Below, in pieces: positions 13,320-25,750 of a stretch of 64,000 nucleotides of DNA; the stretch's first letter is position 1; each line of letters opens with the position of its first letter. The notes beneath the pieces were generated by a model. It was given only the letters and a program-made list of their open reading frames with translations, made no database searches and was not told where the DNA came from. Source of the stretch: Lama guanicoe (Eukaryota); assembly GCA_013239625.1 (NCBI GenBank), contig MU054120.1, positions 62,001-126,000 on the forward strand, in the 5' to 3' direction. The position numbers and the translations under genes were made by a program.

Positions 13320-15310
13320 TTTTTTTTAATTTTTGGCCATTTTTGTTGTTGTTGTTTAGCTATTTCTCCTAATCTGTTTTCTTTTGTCCTTCTGGTATTC
13401 CAGGGATGTTTATGCTGGCCCTTTTGAAATTGCCCCATGATGTTTGAATGTTTAATGTTTTTTTTCTCTTTGTATTTCAGTGTTAGAAATTTCTATTAAC
13501 ATCTTCAAGCTCAAAGATGCTTTACTCAACCATGCCAAATGTATTGATGAGCCCATAAACGGCACTCTTTAATTTCTGTTACATTGATTTGGACTTCCAA
13601 TATTAGCTTCTGATTCATTCTGAGTTTCCAAATTTCCGCTTCCACTGCCCATCTATTCTTGCATGTTACCTGCTTCTTCCATTAGAGTCCTTAACTTAAT
13701 CACTGTTATTTTAAGTTCTCTGTCTGATAATTCCAGCATCTGTGTCATATCTGAGTGTGTTTCTGGTTTTATTTTGTCTCTTCAAACTATATCTTCTCTT
13801 GCCTCCTAGCATAACTTGGAATGTTTTGTTAACACCAGATATAATGTCAAGTATAGTACAGGGCAATAGGCCACTAGCATGAGGTTTTATATGGCTAGTA
13901 ATTGGTCTGTGTTTAATGTTTGCTGTAACTCTTGGTGCCAGAGGTTCAATTTCTTCCATCGCCCCTGTCAAGATTCTCTGTTGTCTTTGGGCTTCCCTAA
14001 GAGCTCCTCCTCAGACAGTGTCTGCGTCTTGCTGCTCTCTTTAGTTAAGCTGAGCTGGAGAGAGCTGAGCTGTTATACTAGGTGTCAGGGTAGTCAGTTA
14101 AGACAATAAGCCAAAGTGAAATAAGTCACACCTTTTTCTTACTGCAATAGTGTAAAAACAAGGCTAAACAGGAGAAAGTGCCAGCTCCCTGAATGCTCCG
14201 TTTTTACCCACAGAATGCTGCCAGGTTAGGGTCATCTGTATCAGAGCAGATGAGAAGAATGCCCTGAACAGAAGTCTTCGCCTGTTTTATGGACCCAGGG
14301 GCAAGGGAGGGGTAGGAAGGACCAGTGAGAGTGGAAACTTACCAAGCACTGAGTCAGGGTAGAGAAAAGTATCCTCAGGCCTCCAACACTCATGACAGAT
14401 TTCAGCAGAGAGCCTGACCGGGGCCTTGGCCTTGCTTGGGTCCCCAGGCAAGAGGCCTCTGAATGGAGGCCGCCCTGCATGAATGCAGACGCGCATGAGA
14501 GCGTGGCCGGCTGGGGGCAGAGTACAGTCTGCTATGGGGGGGCAAGTTTCTCCCATAAAGCTTTCCAGGTAAAGCCTTTGTAACTGCCAATGGGGGCCTG
14601 AGAAAAAGCAATACTCTGCAGCCAAATCCCCGACTCTAAGGCACCGTTACTGTACGCGACACAAGGGGGCGAGGTGAGGTGTGGAAGGACACACACCATA
14701 ATCTTATGATTAAATCTCAGTTTTTTAGTGGGTTTGTGACCGTGTCTGTGACCCTCCAAGTGTTTTTCAGCTTTTTTTTTTTTTTCCTTTAAGTGAGACA
14801 GGAAAGTTGAAGGCAGCTGGAGCAGCAGAAATGCTCTTTTTTCTTGGAGAACAGGTTATGGGGAGTGTTCTGGGCTGATTTCACAATGTTTATACTTTCC
14901 CTCCTAATAGAACCAGGAGGGGGTTGTATGTTGGGTTCTCCCTGTGACAAACTGGTGCTGTTCTATAGGGAAACACATGAAAGTGTGGGGCCCTCCTAAG
15001 TCTGCTGCTCTGAGGAGTTTCTCTGTCTTACACTAGCCACTGCTCAAACTGCATGAAATTGTCAAAATCACGACGTAAGTGGTTCTACCCACTTATGGTT
15101 CTAATGGCTACTGCTGCAGGAAAGCAGGTCTCCTCTGTGACTCTGGAGTTTCCTGTCTCTACAGATTTGTGGGCTGTGGTTTGCTCTGCAATCTCTCTGA
15201 TGGGTCCAAGATAAGTCATTGATTTTCAGGTTATTAACCTTTTCCTTGTTTTAATGATGGGAGTAACAGCCTCAAAGCTTTTTAAATGTCAGAGCGAAAG
15301 CCAGAAATCC
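13320..15310 (-). mobile_element. Old L1 (L1MC/MD-type) 5'/ORF1 region, interrupted by an LTR at 14083-14663
   Basis: TCTTCAAGCTCA...TATTGATGAGCCCAT, CTGTCTGATAATTCCAGCATCTGTGTCATATCTGAGT; L1 sequence resumes after the LTR with ATAATCTTATGATTAAATCTCAG. Confidence 0.65.
14083..14663 (-). mobile_element. Solo ERVL-class LTR (MER74-like) nested in L1
   Basis: TG...CA termini (TGTCAGGG...GCGACACA), about 580 bp and GC-rich; left end GTCAGTTAAGACAATAAGCCAAAGTGAAATAAG resembles the reverse of the recalled MER74 3' end. Confidence 0.6.
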
Positions 15311-15664
15311 TGTTTATTTACTCTCATTTCCTTTTAAAATAATGATCATTATTTTTATTTATTATTTAAAAAACAAGATATGTATAGTATAGAAAATTTA
15401 GAAAATTCAAGAAATTATAAAGGGGAGAAGAGAGGTTATCTAAGGTACCAACACTACCTAGAAATAATTGTTAATATTTTGATTCACTTGTGCAATAAAA
15501 ATGAATATATAATACTGTACATGCTTTAATAATTCTGGAGCATACTGAATAGATAGCTTAGTGTACTTCTGTGTTTACTTAACTCTGTATCACAGACATT
15601 TCCTTATATCATTGAGTCATCTTTAACAACTTAATGACTTCTGGTTTCATGCACTTTATATATA

Positions 15665-17735
15665 TATTTTTAATTGAAGTTAAATTCACACAACATAAAG
15701 TTACCCATTTTAAAGTGGCATTTAGTGTATTCACAATTTTGTACAATCACACCTATATCAAATTCCAAAATATTTTCATCACTACTAAAAAAAACCCCTG
15801 TACTCATTAAGCTCTCATTCCCATTTTCCCCTTCCCCTCAAGCCTGGCAACCACCAGCCTGTTTTATGTCTCTATGAATTGACCTATTCTGGATATTTCC
15901 TATAAATGATATCATAAAATGCTTTTCTTTTGTTTTCTGACTTATTACACTTAATACATTGTTTTCAAGGTTAATTTTGGTTGTCTCGTGAATTAGTACT
16001 TCATTCCTTTTCATGGTTGCATAATATTTCATTATATATATATGAATTTTTTTATCCATTCATATTTTGATTGACATTTTATTTTTTCCTAAAGTTTGGC
16101 TATAGTGAATAGTAGTGATTGAATATTTATATAGGAGAATTGGTTTGAATGCCTGTTTTAAATTTTTGGGAGGTACATACAAGTGGAATTGCTGAGTGAT
16201 ATGGTAATTTTATGTTTAACTTTTTGAAGAACTGCCAGAGTGTTTTCCACAGCAGCTGTGTTACTTTACATTCCCACCAGCAAGGTACCAATTTCTCCAC
16301 ATACTCTCCAACACTTGCTGTTTTGCATTTGTAAAAGATTATTATATCCATCCAAGTGGCTGTAAAGTGGGATCTCAGAGTGGTTTTTGCCTTTTTGTTG
16401 GTATACCATTATTCATAGTATTTTCTTATAATTGTTTTTATGTCTGAATGTTGGTAGTAATATCCCCGCTTTCATTTACAATTTTGGTAATTTGAGTCTC
16501 ATCTCTTTTTTTGTTAGTCACTGTATCTGAATGTTTGTCAATGTGGTTGATCTTTTCAAAGAATCAACTTTTCACTTCATCGATTTTCTCTGTTGTTTTT
16601 CTTTTCTCTGTTTTTTCTTTTTGTTACCACTGTAAACTATTATTTTCTTCCTTCTACTATAAGTTTCCCTCTAAGCACTGCTTTTACAGTTGGTATGCTG
16701 TGTGTTGCTTGCCTTCATCTCAAAGTATTTTCTAATTTCCCTTGTGATTTATTCTTTGACCCATTGAATGTTTAAGGGGATGTTCTTTAATTTCCACATA
16801 TTTGTGATTTTCCAACTTTTCTTTCTGTTATTGATTGCCATTTTCATTCCATTATGGTTAGAGAAGAGCTTTAGATAATTTCAGTCTGTTTAAATTTATT
16901 GAGACTAGTTTTATGACCTAACATATGGTCTATACTGGGGAATGTTTCACCTGCACTTGAGAAAAATTTATATACTGCTCTTCTGGGGTAGAAAGTTTCA
17001 TACAAGTCTCTTAGGTGGTTTACAGTGTTATTCAAAAACTCTCTTTCCTTATTGACCTTCTGTCTGGATGTTCTATTCATGACTGAAAGTGGGATATTGA
17101 AGTCTTCAAATATTACTGTAGGACTGCCTGTTCTCCCTTTGGTTTGTTAATGTTTTCATTGTATCTTTTGGAATTCTGTTTTTGGTACATATCTGTGTAT
17201 AATTTTTTTAATCTTCTTGATGAATTAATCATTTTATCAATAGATAATGTCCTTATCTGTCCCTTATAAATTTTAAATTTAAAATATGTTGTTTTCTGGT
17301 ATTATTATAGCCACTCCAGCTCTCTTTTGGTTACTAATTAAATGGAATTTATTTTTCCATTTTTTCACTCCTAACTTCTTGGTTTCTTTGTGTCTAAAAT
17401 AACTCTCTTATATATAGCGTATAGTTGGATCATGTTTTTGTTGTTTTAAGTCTATTCTGCCAATCCTTGTCTTTAAATTGGTGAGTTTAATCCATTTACA
17501 TATAAAGCAATTACTAATAATGAAGAACTTACTTTTGCCATATTTTTGTTTCTGTATTGCTTGCATAATTTTTGTTAGGAAAGAAGGAAGGGAAGGGGGG
17601 AGGAGAGGGAAAAAATGGGATGGACTCTGTGTTGAGGCCCTACTCTTAATGCTTAACCAGGCTGCTTAAACTCTGCCTTAGCTGTACTTCCGACTTGTAC
17701 TGAACCTAAAGATCAGTCAGAGGTGAAAACTTTTC
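15665..17735 (-). mobile_element. Old L1 (L1MB-like) with internal deletions: 3' UTR/ORF2 C-terminus, endonuclease region, short 5' piece
   Basis: ORF-track remnants WWECK...LWKTLWQFFKKLNIKLPY (16127-16351) and TFPSIDHMLGHKTSLNKFK (16871-17080); L1 5'-type CTCTGCCTTAGC...GATCAGTCAGAGGTGA at about 17670-17730. Confidence 0.85.
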
Positions 17736-18890
17736 CAACAAGTATTCAGGGGAAAGACCTAATTGGGACTTGCTTAGCAGCTTTAGTTAAATGTTAGAGG
17801 TATACATTCTGATTTCTTGAGTAGTATCTCCCAATATGTATTCCACTTAACCCCAGTTCCTCCAGAAGTAAACAGTTACTCTATGAAGAAAAAGTTTGAT
17901 GTTTGAATAATATTAGGATATTCACTTAATAAAACTAAATGAGTCCCTGTGAATCTCCCTAAAATTAGTATAAAATTAATATGAATTTAAATAATTACTG
18001 AAAGAATATTTCTACATAGCATATTCCAAAATATTTAACTGAGGAAGTCTTTTTCTGGAAAGATGTCACTGGATTAATTTCTGACAAAAATACCTAGATT
18101 GTGGCATTTCTGAGCCCATGTGCTGGCTTTGCTTGGTGTATTTTTCTCCCCTTTTCCAAATTCTTACACCTAGGAACCAGCCCAATGCCCACTCCTTAGA
18201 GACCTCCACAAAATGCACTCTGAATAACAGATCATATATTTGTCATTTCCTGATATGGAGTATATTTGATTTTCTAATTGTGATTAATTATGTAAGGGAA
18301 TCTTTCATGTGCAAACTTTAATGTACCCTCCTAATTAAAATGATTGAATTTGTTTTTAATGATCCAAAAATAATGTATATGAATGTTTATAGTTACTTTT
18401 GAGTTCTAGAATATTTTAATAATCTAAGGTTTGTGGGGATACTGGAAGTTCACTTGTGTCAAGAAAGGAAGAACTTGTCCACAATTTAAAGCAATACATA
18501 TATCTTTTTAAAGTTGAAGTTACTTTATCTGAGCAAGTCCAGCAAGCTGTATTTTATTAAGCATCTTATTTATTTTAGTAGGAGTGACATTAGCTTTATA
18601 TACCAGAAATTCAAAAGGCAATGTTTTAAACTGGGTAGAAATTCATCTCTTTGTCATGTGAAAGTCTCAGCTGGTGTGGCAGCTCAGCTCTAAAACGTTG
18701 TGATGGACTCACACTTTCTCTGGCCATTTGCTCTACCATCTCTAGGATGTTAACTTTGCCACTTGGTCCAGAATGACTCGTTCCATGTTTCTTGTCCCCT
18801 ACAATCAGTGAGAAGGTAAAATAAGAGTAAGGAAGGCAGAATTAGGGTCCCCATATTGCACCATTCAATAGACATCATTCAACTTGCAGA

Positions 18891-19372
18891 ACAGTAATGC
18901 TCAATAGAAATAGACTGCAAGTCACAATATGCAGTTGAAAACTCTAAAAAAGTAAATAGAAACAGGTAAAATTAATTTAATAATATACTTTGTGTGACTG
19001 AATTTATCTGAAATATTATCACTTTGATATGTTATCAATATAAAACTGTATTGAAATATTTTACATTTTTGTACGAATTCTTCAAAGTCTAATGTGTATT
19101 TTATACTTACAGCATATCTCAAATTGGAAACTAAATTTTCATTGGAAGTACTTATTTATATTTTATAAAATTTACAATTGATAAAATTGGTTCAGCATAC
19201 CCGTTTTTCCAAACATACTTAAATATTTTTCAGTAACTGCAATGAATATCAATTTTTAAAATTTAAATTCATTAAATTAAATAAAATTAAAAATTCAGTT
19301 TTTGTATCAAATTAGACACAATTTAAGTCTCAGAAGCACATGTATCTAGTGACTACTAAACTGAACTAAACA
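18891..19372. mobile_element. hAT-Charlie1 family DNA transposon (MER33/Charlie1b-like) inside the MaLR LTR
   Basis: CAATAGAAATA...GAAACAGGTAAAATTAATTTAATAATA...GTGTATTTTATACTTACAGCATATCTCAA...CACATGTATCTAGTGACTAC matches recalled MER33/Charlie1 consensus. Confidence 0.8.
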
Positions 19373-21055
19373 GTTACGAAATACTGACTGACAATGGGAC
19401 CTGTGCTGTGTACACCATATTTGAATAAGCGTATCTTTTCCTAAACACAACTCCCTTTTTGCTTTAAGTTTACAACTAAAAGTTGGCCAGAAGTTAGAAC
19501 TTGGTCACAGTTAGATGCAAAAGTGTTCCAGAAATTTAGCTTTATTCTGGCCAGCCATTCAGCCAGGTGCCTAGCTAAAGAGGAATGTTTCTATTACAAA
19601 TAAAAATAGAGAATGGTATTAAAGGACAATTAGCAATTTCTGCCACAAAGTGCTTCCTCAGCCACCCAAATGTCCATGTACATCCTCTCCTACACAGAGT
19701 TACATCCTGTTACTGCATTTAGCTCAAAGTTAAAGATCTCAGGGCAACGTGCAGTCCTTTCAAAAAGCCCCAAATGTGACTCCTCATAGTCCATCCACCT
19801 ACAAACTAAACCTATAAATTAAAAAGCAACTTATTTTCCCTCTTCATAGCCAGTGTGAAATTATGGAATAGAATAACTGCATCAAAAAAACTCATTCTGA
19901 AGAGAGAAATGGGGGTGCATGTAGCAATCATTTGGGTGTTTTGTTTGTTTGAGTTGTTTTTGTTTTTGCAATCACTGAATCTTGCAGACAGGATTTATAT
20001 CGGATTCTCTGCCTTAGCAAGAGAGTACATCCCTTGTTTAATCTGTCCACAGCCTTCGGCTCTGGTCTGGTGAAGGAGCTCCTAGCCCAGCATGCTCGTC
20101 GGCAGCCCCTAGTGTGTCCCTCTAGGCAGGTCTTCTTTTTCCGGTATTTCATGGGATCTCATCGGAAGTAGTCATTGGCAGGCATGCTCTTTTTCAAAGC
20201 TGTAAAGCTCTTTCTACAGGTACAGGTTTTTACCTCAGTGTTAGGATTTAATAGTTTGAACAACCATACATCTTGGTAGAACTGGCTTGTCATTTGTTTG
20301 ATAATATTATATCCCTAAAATTTAGATGATTTCAGTTCTGTTTGTCTTCAGTTTCCCTCAGAAGTAACCACAGTCAATGATCTCATCGAGGCATAAACAT
20401 TATTCCTGAAAAGTGCAGTGTTTTATTTGCTCTCTCTGTTACGACTAATCTCTGTTCCCACACCCACAACTTAATGTATACTCCCTTGAAACCATCTGCA
20501 AGCGGTAGGCTTGGATGGAAGGCAACAGTTTCACCCATATCTACAATCCTGGATACTTCCCACTGGTTTCCAGAGGTATTTGGGGAATGTTTGGAAGCGC
20601 TTACTCATCTCCTAAGGCTGTTTCCTCAAAGCTATCCCTTATGTGTGCTTCCGTTTAGAGAAGCAGAAATAGATGTGTCTTTCAGTGCTACAAGGTCATA
20701 TATTACCTGGATCTTACTCAACTTATATTTCAGTTTGAAATCGGAGAGAACCTTCTTTAAAGAACTTTATTGCCTTCCTTTTCCACCTGAAGCTGGCAAG
20801 AAACAGCTACCACACACCAACGTTGGGGGTTATTCCAACCACATCCCTGGGAGCTACAGACAGAATAAGCACATGGTGTTAACAAAATTTTTTGCCATGC
20901 GATTACCAAGAGCAGCCAGCTCTCCATCGTGCAAAATCAGTATCCTGTGGCTAGAACTCAACCGCTGAGCCAGTCCAACACAGCTCAGGCTTCACTGCAT
21001 GCTACACCTCACCTCCCAGAACCCAATTCCATGCTACTTAATCTTCAGGTTCGGT

Positions 21056-21440
21056 TTACTACTTAGTCAGCTCCAGGTGCCATTACAGAATGCCACAGAT
21101 GAGGCTTAAATAACAGAAATTTATGTCCTCACGTTTCTGAAGGCTGGAAGTCCAAGATCAAGCTGCCAGCATTTGCTTCTAGGGAGGCCTCTTTTCCCAG
21201 TTTGCACATGGCTGCCTCTTCACTGTGTTCTCACATGACCTTTCCTCTGCGTGCAGAGAGAGCAGAGAGAGGGGAAGATCTGCTGTCTCTTCCTTTTATT
21301 AGGATGCCAGTCTCATCAGGTTAAGATCTCACCCTTATGGCTTAACCTTTATTACCTCCTTATAGGCCTTGTTTCCAAATACAGTCATAATGAGGATTCG
21401 GGTTTCAACACATGAAATTTGGGAGGACACAATTCATAAT
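21056..21440 (-). mobile_element. MLT1A/B-type MaLR solo LTR nested in the older MaLR LTR
   Basis: GGCTTAAATAACAGAAATTTAT...GGCTGGAAGTCCAAGATCAAG...TTCAACACATGAAATTTGGGAGGACACAATTC. Confidence 0.8.
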
Positions 21441-24400
21441 AAATTATAACAGAGAGCCAAAGTGGCATGGCTAAAATAAAATCGATTTCCCAAGCATAAT
21501 GCATGCCTGTAAAATAATAACTAATCCAGTTTTTTCCCCCTTATTCTGCCAATAAAATAAAAATAGGATATATTGACTAGGTTGGAGATACTGAGAGACA
21601 TTATCTGTATTTCATCCAGCATGAAGAAAAGAGGAAGGGACCAGAACACTACTTTCCTTTAAAGAGTTTTACCCGGAATTTCGTACATCGGTTTTGCTCC
21701 TGTTCCATTGGCCAAGACTGTTTCATTTAAAAGTTGGAATAAGCATTTCCTGCTAAACATAATCTGGTATGAAAATTTAGAACACAAAATCAAAGATGGA
21801 TAAGGACAAAAAAGCATTCGAGTGTTCCTGGTTAAACGGCAGTGAACCACAAGAGCTTCCACACTTTGCATTATGAACATCTTTGAAGACAGAATTAAAC
21901 GATTATCATTAAAGAACTTTATAAACTAGGTGGGGAAAAAAATCATAAGCCAATACTCCAATTGAACTTCTACCAACTGGACCATCATTGGGAAAGAAGA
22001 TTCAGATTCTAGGACACAGGTAACACATGCTTCTCTTTCTCCTGGGAAATTATGTCCTCATAGATCATGTAGATCTTGTTCTGGCTGAGACTCAGGTGCC
22101 AGAGCTAAGTAATATGTGCTAAGGAGAAAAACTGAGCAAGAAGGGAAGACTGGTGTGTATGTGTGTGGGACTTTCTATTTCTGCTTTCTGGTCTCATTGC
22201 TGTCTTTGTCACTTCTATCCTATTTGTCCTTGACATTTTATGCCTTTTTAAAATATCTTTATTTACATTTTAGTGGAGTTTCAGGAAAGAATACAAATAA
22301 ACACATATGTTCAATCCTACAGGTTGAAACCAGTTTGTACTAAAGTCAGATAAATAATTTATATAAAGAAGATAAATATACCTATCACTTGAAGCTGAAT
22401 AGTACATGACTAACAGCCAAATTTTGCACTGACCATTAGTTTCAAGCTCCTTCTCTGTCAAACAAAATGTAAAATGCAGGTATTTTATTAATTAATATTA
22501 ACTAAGTTTGTTATTAATATTAATTAGTTTTATCTTTATATTAATTAATTTTATCCTGAAACAAGGAGTCTAAACAATAACCATTCAAAAAAAAAATGGA
22601 GAATACAGTGTACGAAAAAAAAGCCATGTTGCGTCTGTTCTTTCTTACTCTCTCTGGCAATGTCAGAAACATAGTAACTTATAGCAGCCGTTAGGAATTT
22701 GCATATTGAATAAACAAAAATATCACTGAGAAAAACAGAATCATGTTAGAAATCTATTTTCTTGGATTAGGAATATGAGAAAATACATGATCAGGAATGG
22801 AATTGCATGGAAGTAAATGTGGATTACTTGATTTCTTGCAAACTTTAGACAACCTACACATTAGGAAACAAAATACATTTTTTGAGGAGACTGCAAGGAA
22901 CACATCAGCGATTTAAATGAGCTTTTATTGGACGGTTTGAAATGGGCATGTTTTGTCTTAAGTGATCATTTCTAGTAAATAGATGTAAATTTTTTTGTGT
23001 GTAATTTTACAGGAATAAAATAATTATAGCTGAACTGTTGGTCAGAAAAAGACTCTAAACAAAGAACAAAAATGTTACTTTCCCACATGAAACTGGTGAG
23101 GTTAAAGCAATCACTGCTGTTTACAAAATAGAGAACTGTTTTGGTATACCTTTCTTGTAGGTCAGTTAATTGTGTATCAGTTTATCCACTTGATCTGAGC
23201 TACATCCTCAAGAGAATCAGCAGAACCTTTGTTCTGCAAAGGGAGTTGCAAGCCAAATAAAAGTCAGTTTCCAAATTCACTTGCTCAACATGGATACAAT
23301 TTATGTTTTTCCTTTTGCTTAGCAAGCAGTTGTGCTACCAATTTTATCTTGAGAATTTTGGTGCTAATGAAACATTGCTGTAATTCAGGATAAGCCAAGC
23401 ATGTATAAAAATGAGAGAGCAGAAATCTGTCTTTCTTGGCCCACTGAGGCATTTTTTTTAATCTAGTTGAAATATGTATGACTTCCCTGAGCTTTCTGGC
23501 ATAATTCATCATTTAAAGAAGTCAATAAAGTAGATTTTATTTTCAATTAGTAAACATTTATCTGCCAAAGAACTAGACATTCTTGATTTCTGTATTACAT
23601 TTTAGAACACTTTACAATATAATTATATGCAACCGTCTGTCTTTATATAACAGTACATTAAATAAATTGTCAGCTAATACCCCTATGCACATATGGGAAA
23701 AGATGGATTTTAGATCTTATATCAGGCAAACAGTAGATGCTCAGTAAATGCTCTTTCATTTTTATTGCTCAGAGTTTTGTTTTCTTTTTTCCCCCGTCAT
23801 TCTTCATACGAAGTTTCTGATAAGAAAATATGAACTGTTTCCATGTTAACATCAATATTTCTATATCTTAAAGGATATAGAGAAATAGTGCCTGAATGAA
23901 AATGTCACAGAAAAAACAAATTGCTTCCTATTTGTTGTAATTCATCCAGCAATATATTGATCTGGAGAAGAAAGTGTGGGAAAAATGGTAGTCAATAACA
24001 TAAAACTATAAAAAATTTCTAGAGAAAACTATATGAAGAAAATCTAAATTTTTTAATTTGTCTTATTCAATTATTTTATATAGTAATAGATCATTCTCTT
24101 ATGACACTAATAACTTTAATCAAAAGTTTCACCTAGAAATTACATGAAAGCAATTATTAACATGTTCCATCAACATTTTCCTAAATACTTTGTAGTTTTA
24201 ACATAGGCATAAAGTTCTTGCTCTATATAATAAAGACAAAATGATAAAAACAAAAATATGATGGAAATGTATATAATAAATCTGAAAACAAACACTAGAT
24301 CATAAACTTACAGGACTTACTTCTTCAAGGGCAGCTTTCATAGGAAGATTTCAAAAGTGCATAAAGCTCTATCAGCTTCTTTAAGCTTTTAGGAGTTCTG

Positions 24401-24589
24401 AGGCAGCATTTTCAGCAAAATGTTTGTTCAAAGAGAATGAATGCCACTGGCCATTTTATAATGCCCTGGCCTGTCCATAAGACTGTGGAACAGCTCACTA
24501 TAGAATCTGTCACAATATGATGAAATATATATATTCCACCAAATCAAGAATTACACTGGCCCTTCTCTATTATGTACACAGCATGACAG

Positions 24590-25750
24590 AAATGCGCAAT
24601 GGCCAAGGAAAAAGGACATGGGAAAAGTGAGCACACTTGTATTGTTACCAAGTCCAAACTTGTTCTGCTCACCACTGGACAGGCCAATAAATCAGATGAA
24701 GTGTTGGGGCAAGGAATAACGACTTTATTCAGAAAGGCAGCAGACTGAGAAGATGGCAGACTAATGTCCGGGAGAACCATCTTCCCCAAGTCAGAATTCA
24801 GACTCCGTTTAAACTAGAAGGGGAGGGGACGTGGTTAGTCGTTGCAAACTTCTTGGTGTCAGAATCCTTTGTTCTTGCAGCTGTCCACATGGATCAGGTC
24901 ACAGTGTCCCTGTAAACCTCTAACAAGACAAATGTTATTCTCTATTCTGCAACTTTTTATCTCTATATGAATGGAAAGGTGTTATACTCTTAAAGGTCAG
25001 AGCTTTGAGAACGGGCTCTCCTGTATATTTCAGGCTACAGGCAACATTCTTTTACCAAAGCTGCAGAACCAGCATGACTAAGCACAGGAAACAGAGTGCA
25101 GAGTTCGCACTAAAGGAACAGATTTAATATGGAGTCAGATTTATTCCCTGTTATAATACTGGTGGTTAGAACGTACATCCATAAAGTTTATTGAAAGATA
25201 TTTTTGCAGTACCTAACAGATTTTTAAACCTTGTACATTTGAGAGGGAAATTCTACATCTAGAAATGTAAACCCCAGAAATACAAGCACATGAAGGTTCT
25301 AAAAGAGTGTTCATTGCAGATTTGTTTATAACTGCTAAATATTTCAAATGACCAAATGGTTGATCAGGAGATGGATAGGTACGTAGTATATGGTACATCC
25401 ACACTGTGGGAGGCTGTGGAGCCATTAAGAAAAATGAAGTAGGCTTGTATGGACAGACATGGAAATATCATGGAATCTTAGTGATTAAAATACAACAGTT
25501 GTCAGAAAGTGCTTGTACCATGATGTCATGCAGGTAAAAAAAAAAAAAGAATGTAAGTTCTCTGCTCACATGTAAATGTATGTAAATGCACAGCAAAAGC
25601 ATATACACGAAGCTCTTTAAGAGTGGTAATACTAAAGATGAAAGCAGGCTTGGGGAGAGGAAGGAAAGAGAACTTGCACAATTTACTTTTTATATTTGTG
25701 CACTTTAAATCTTTTATAGAGAGAATATATTTATTTATTAGTTGTATAAT
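24590..25750 (+). mobile_element. L1ME-type 3' fragment, host of the LTR at 24643-25155
   Basis: GTGTTCATTGCAGATTTGTTTATAAC...ATGGTACATCCACACTGTGG...GCCATTAAGAAAAATGA; L1 sequence is continuous across the LTR. Confidence 0.65.
24643..25155 (-). mobile_element. Solo ERV1-type LTR
   Basis: Starts TGTTACC and ends TGTTATA; polyA signal on the minus strand (GACTTTATTCAG); about 510 bp; interrupts an L1 fragment. Confidence 0.75.

Larger units (their letters stand above)
18570..21830 (-). mobile_element. Near-complete MaLR provirus (MLT1J-like LTR - MLT1-int - LTR) with nested insertions
   Basis: LTR-like 18570-19650 ending GCAATTTCTGCCACA; internal 19650-21030 (GTTACTGCATTTAGCTCAAAG...CCTCCCAGAACCCAATTCC); second LTR 21031-21830 with the same TTGGCCA(G)A motif. 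Confidence 0.65.

Noticed and set aside
14241..14759. Cluster of overlapping ORFs
   Set aside because: Explained by the high GC content of the LTR (fewer stop codons); no protein similarity recognised
20474..20968. 164-aa ORF
   Set aside because: It lies antisense within the MaLR internal region, with no recognisable domain or splice context
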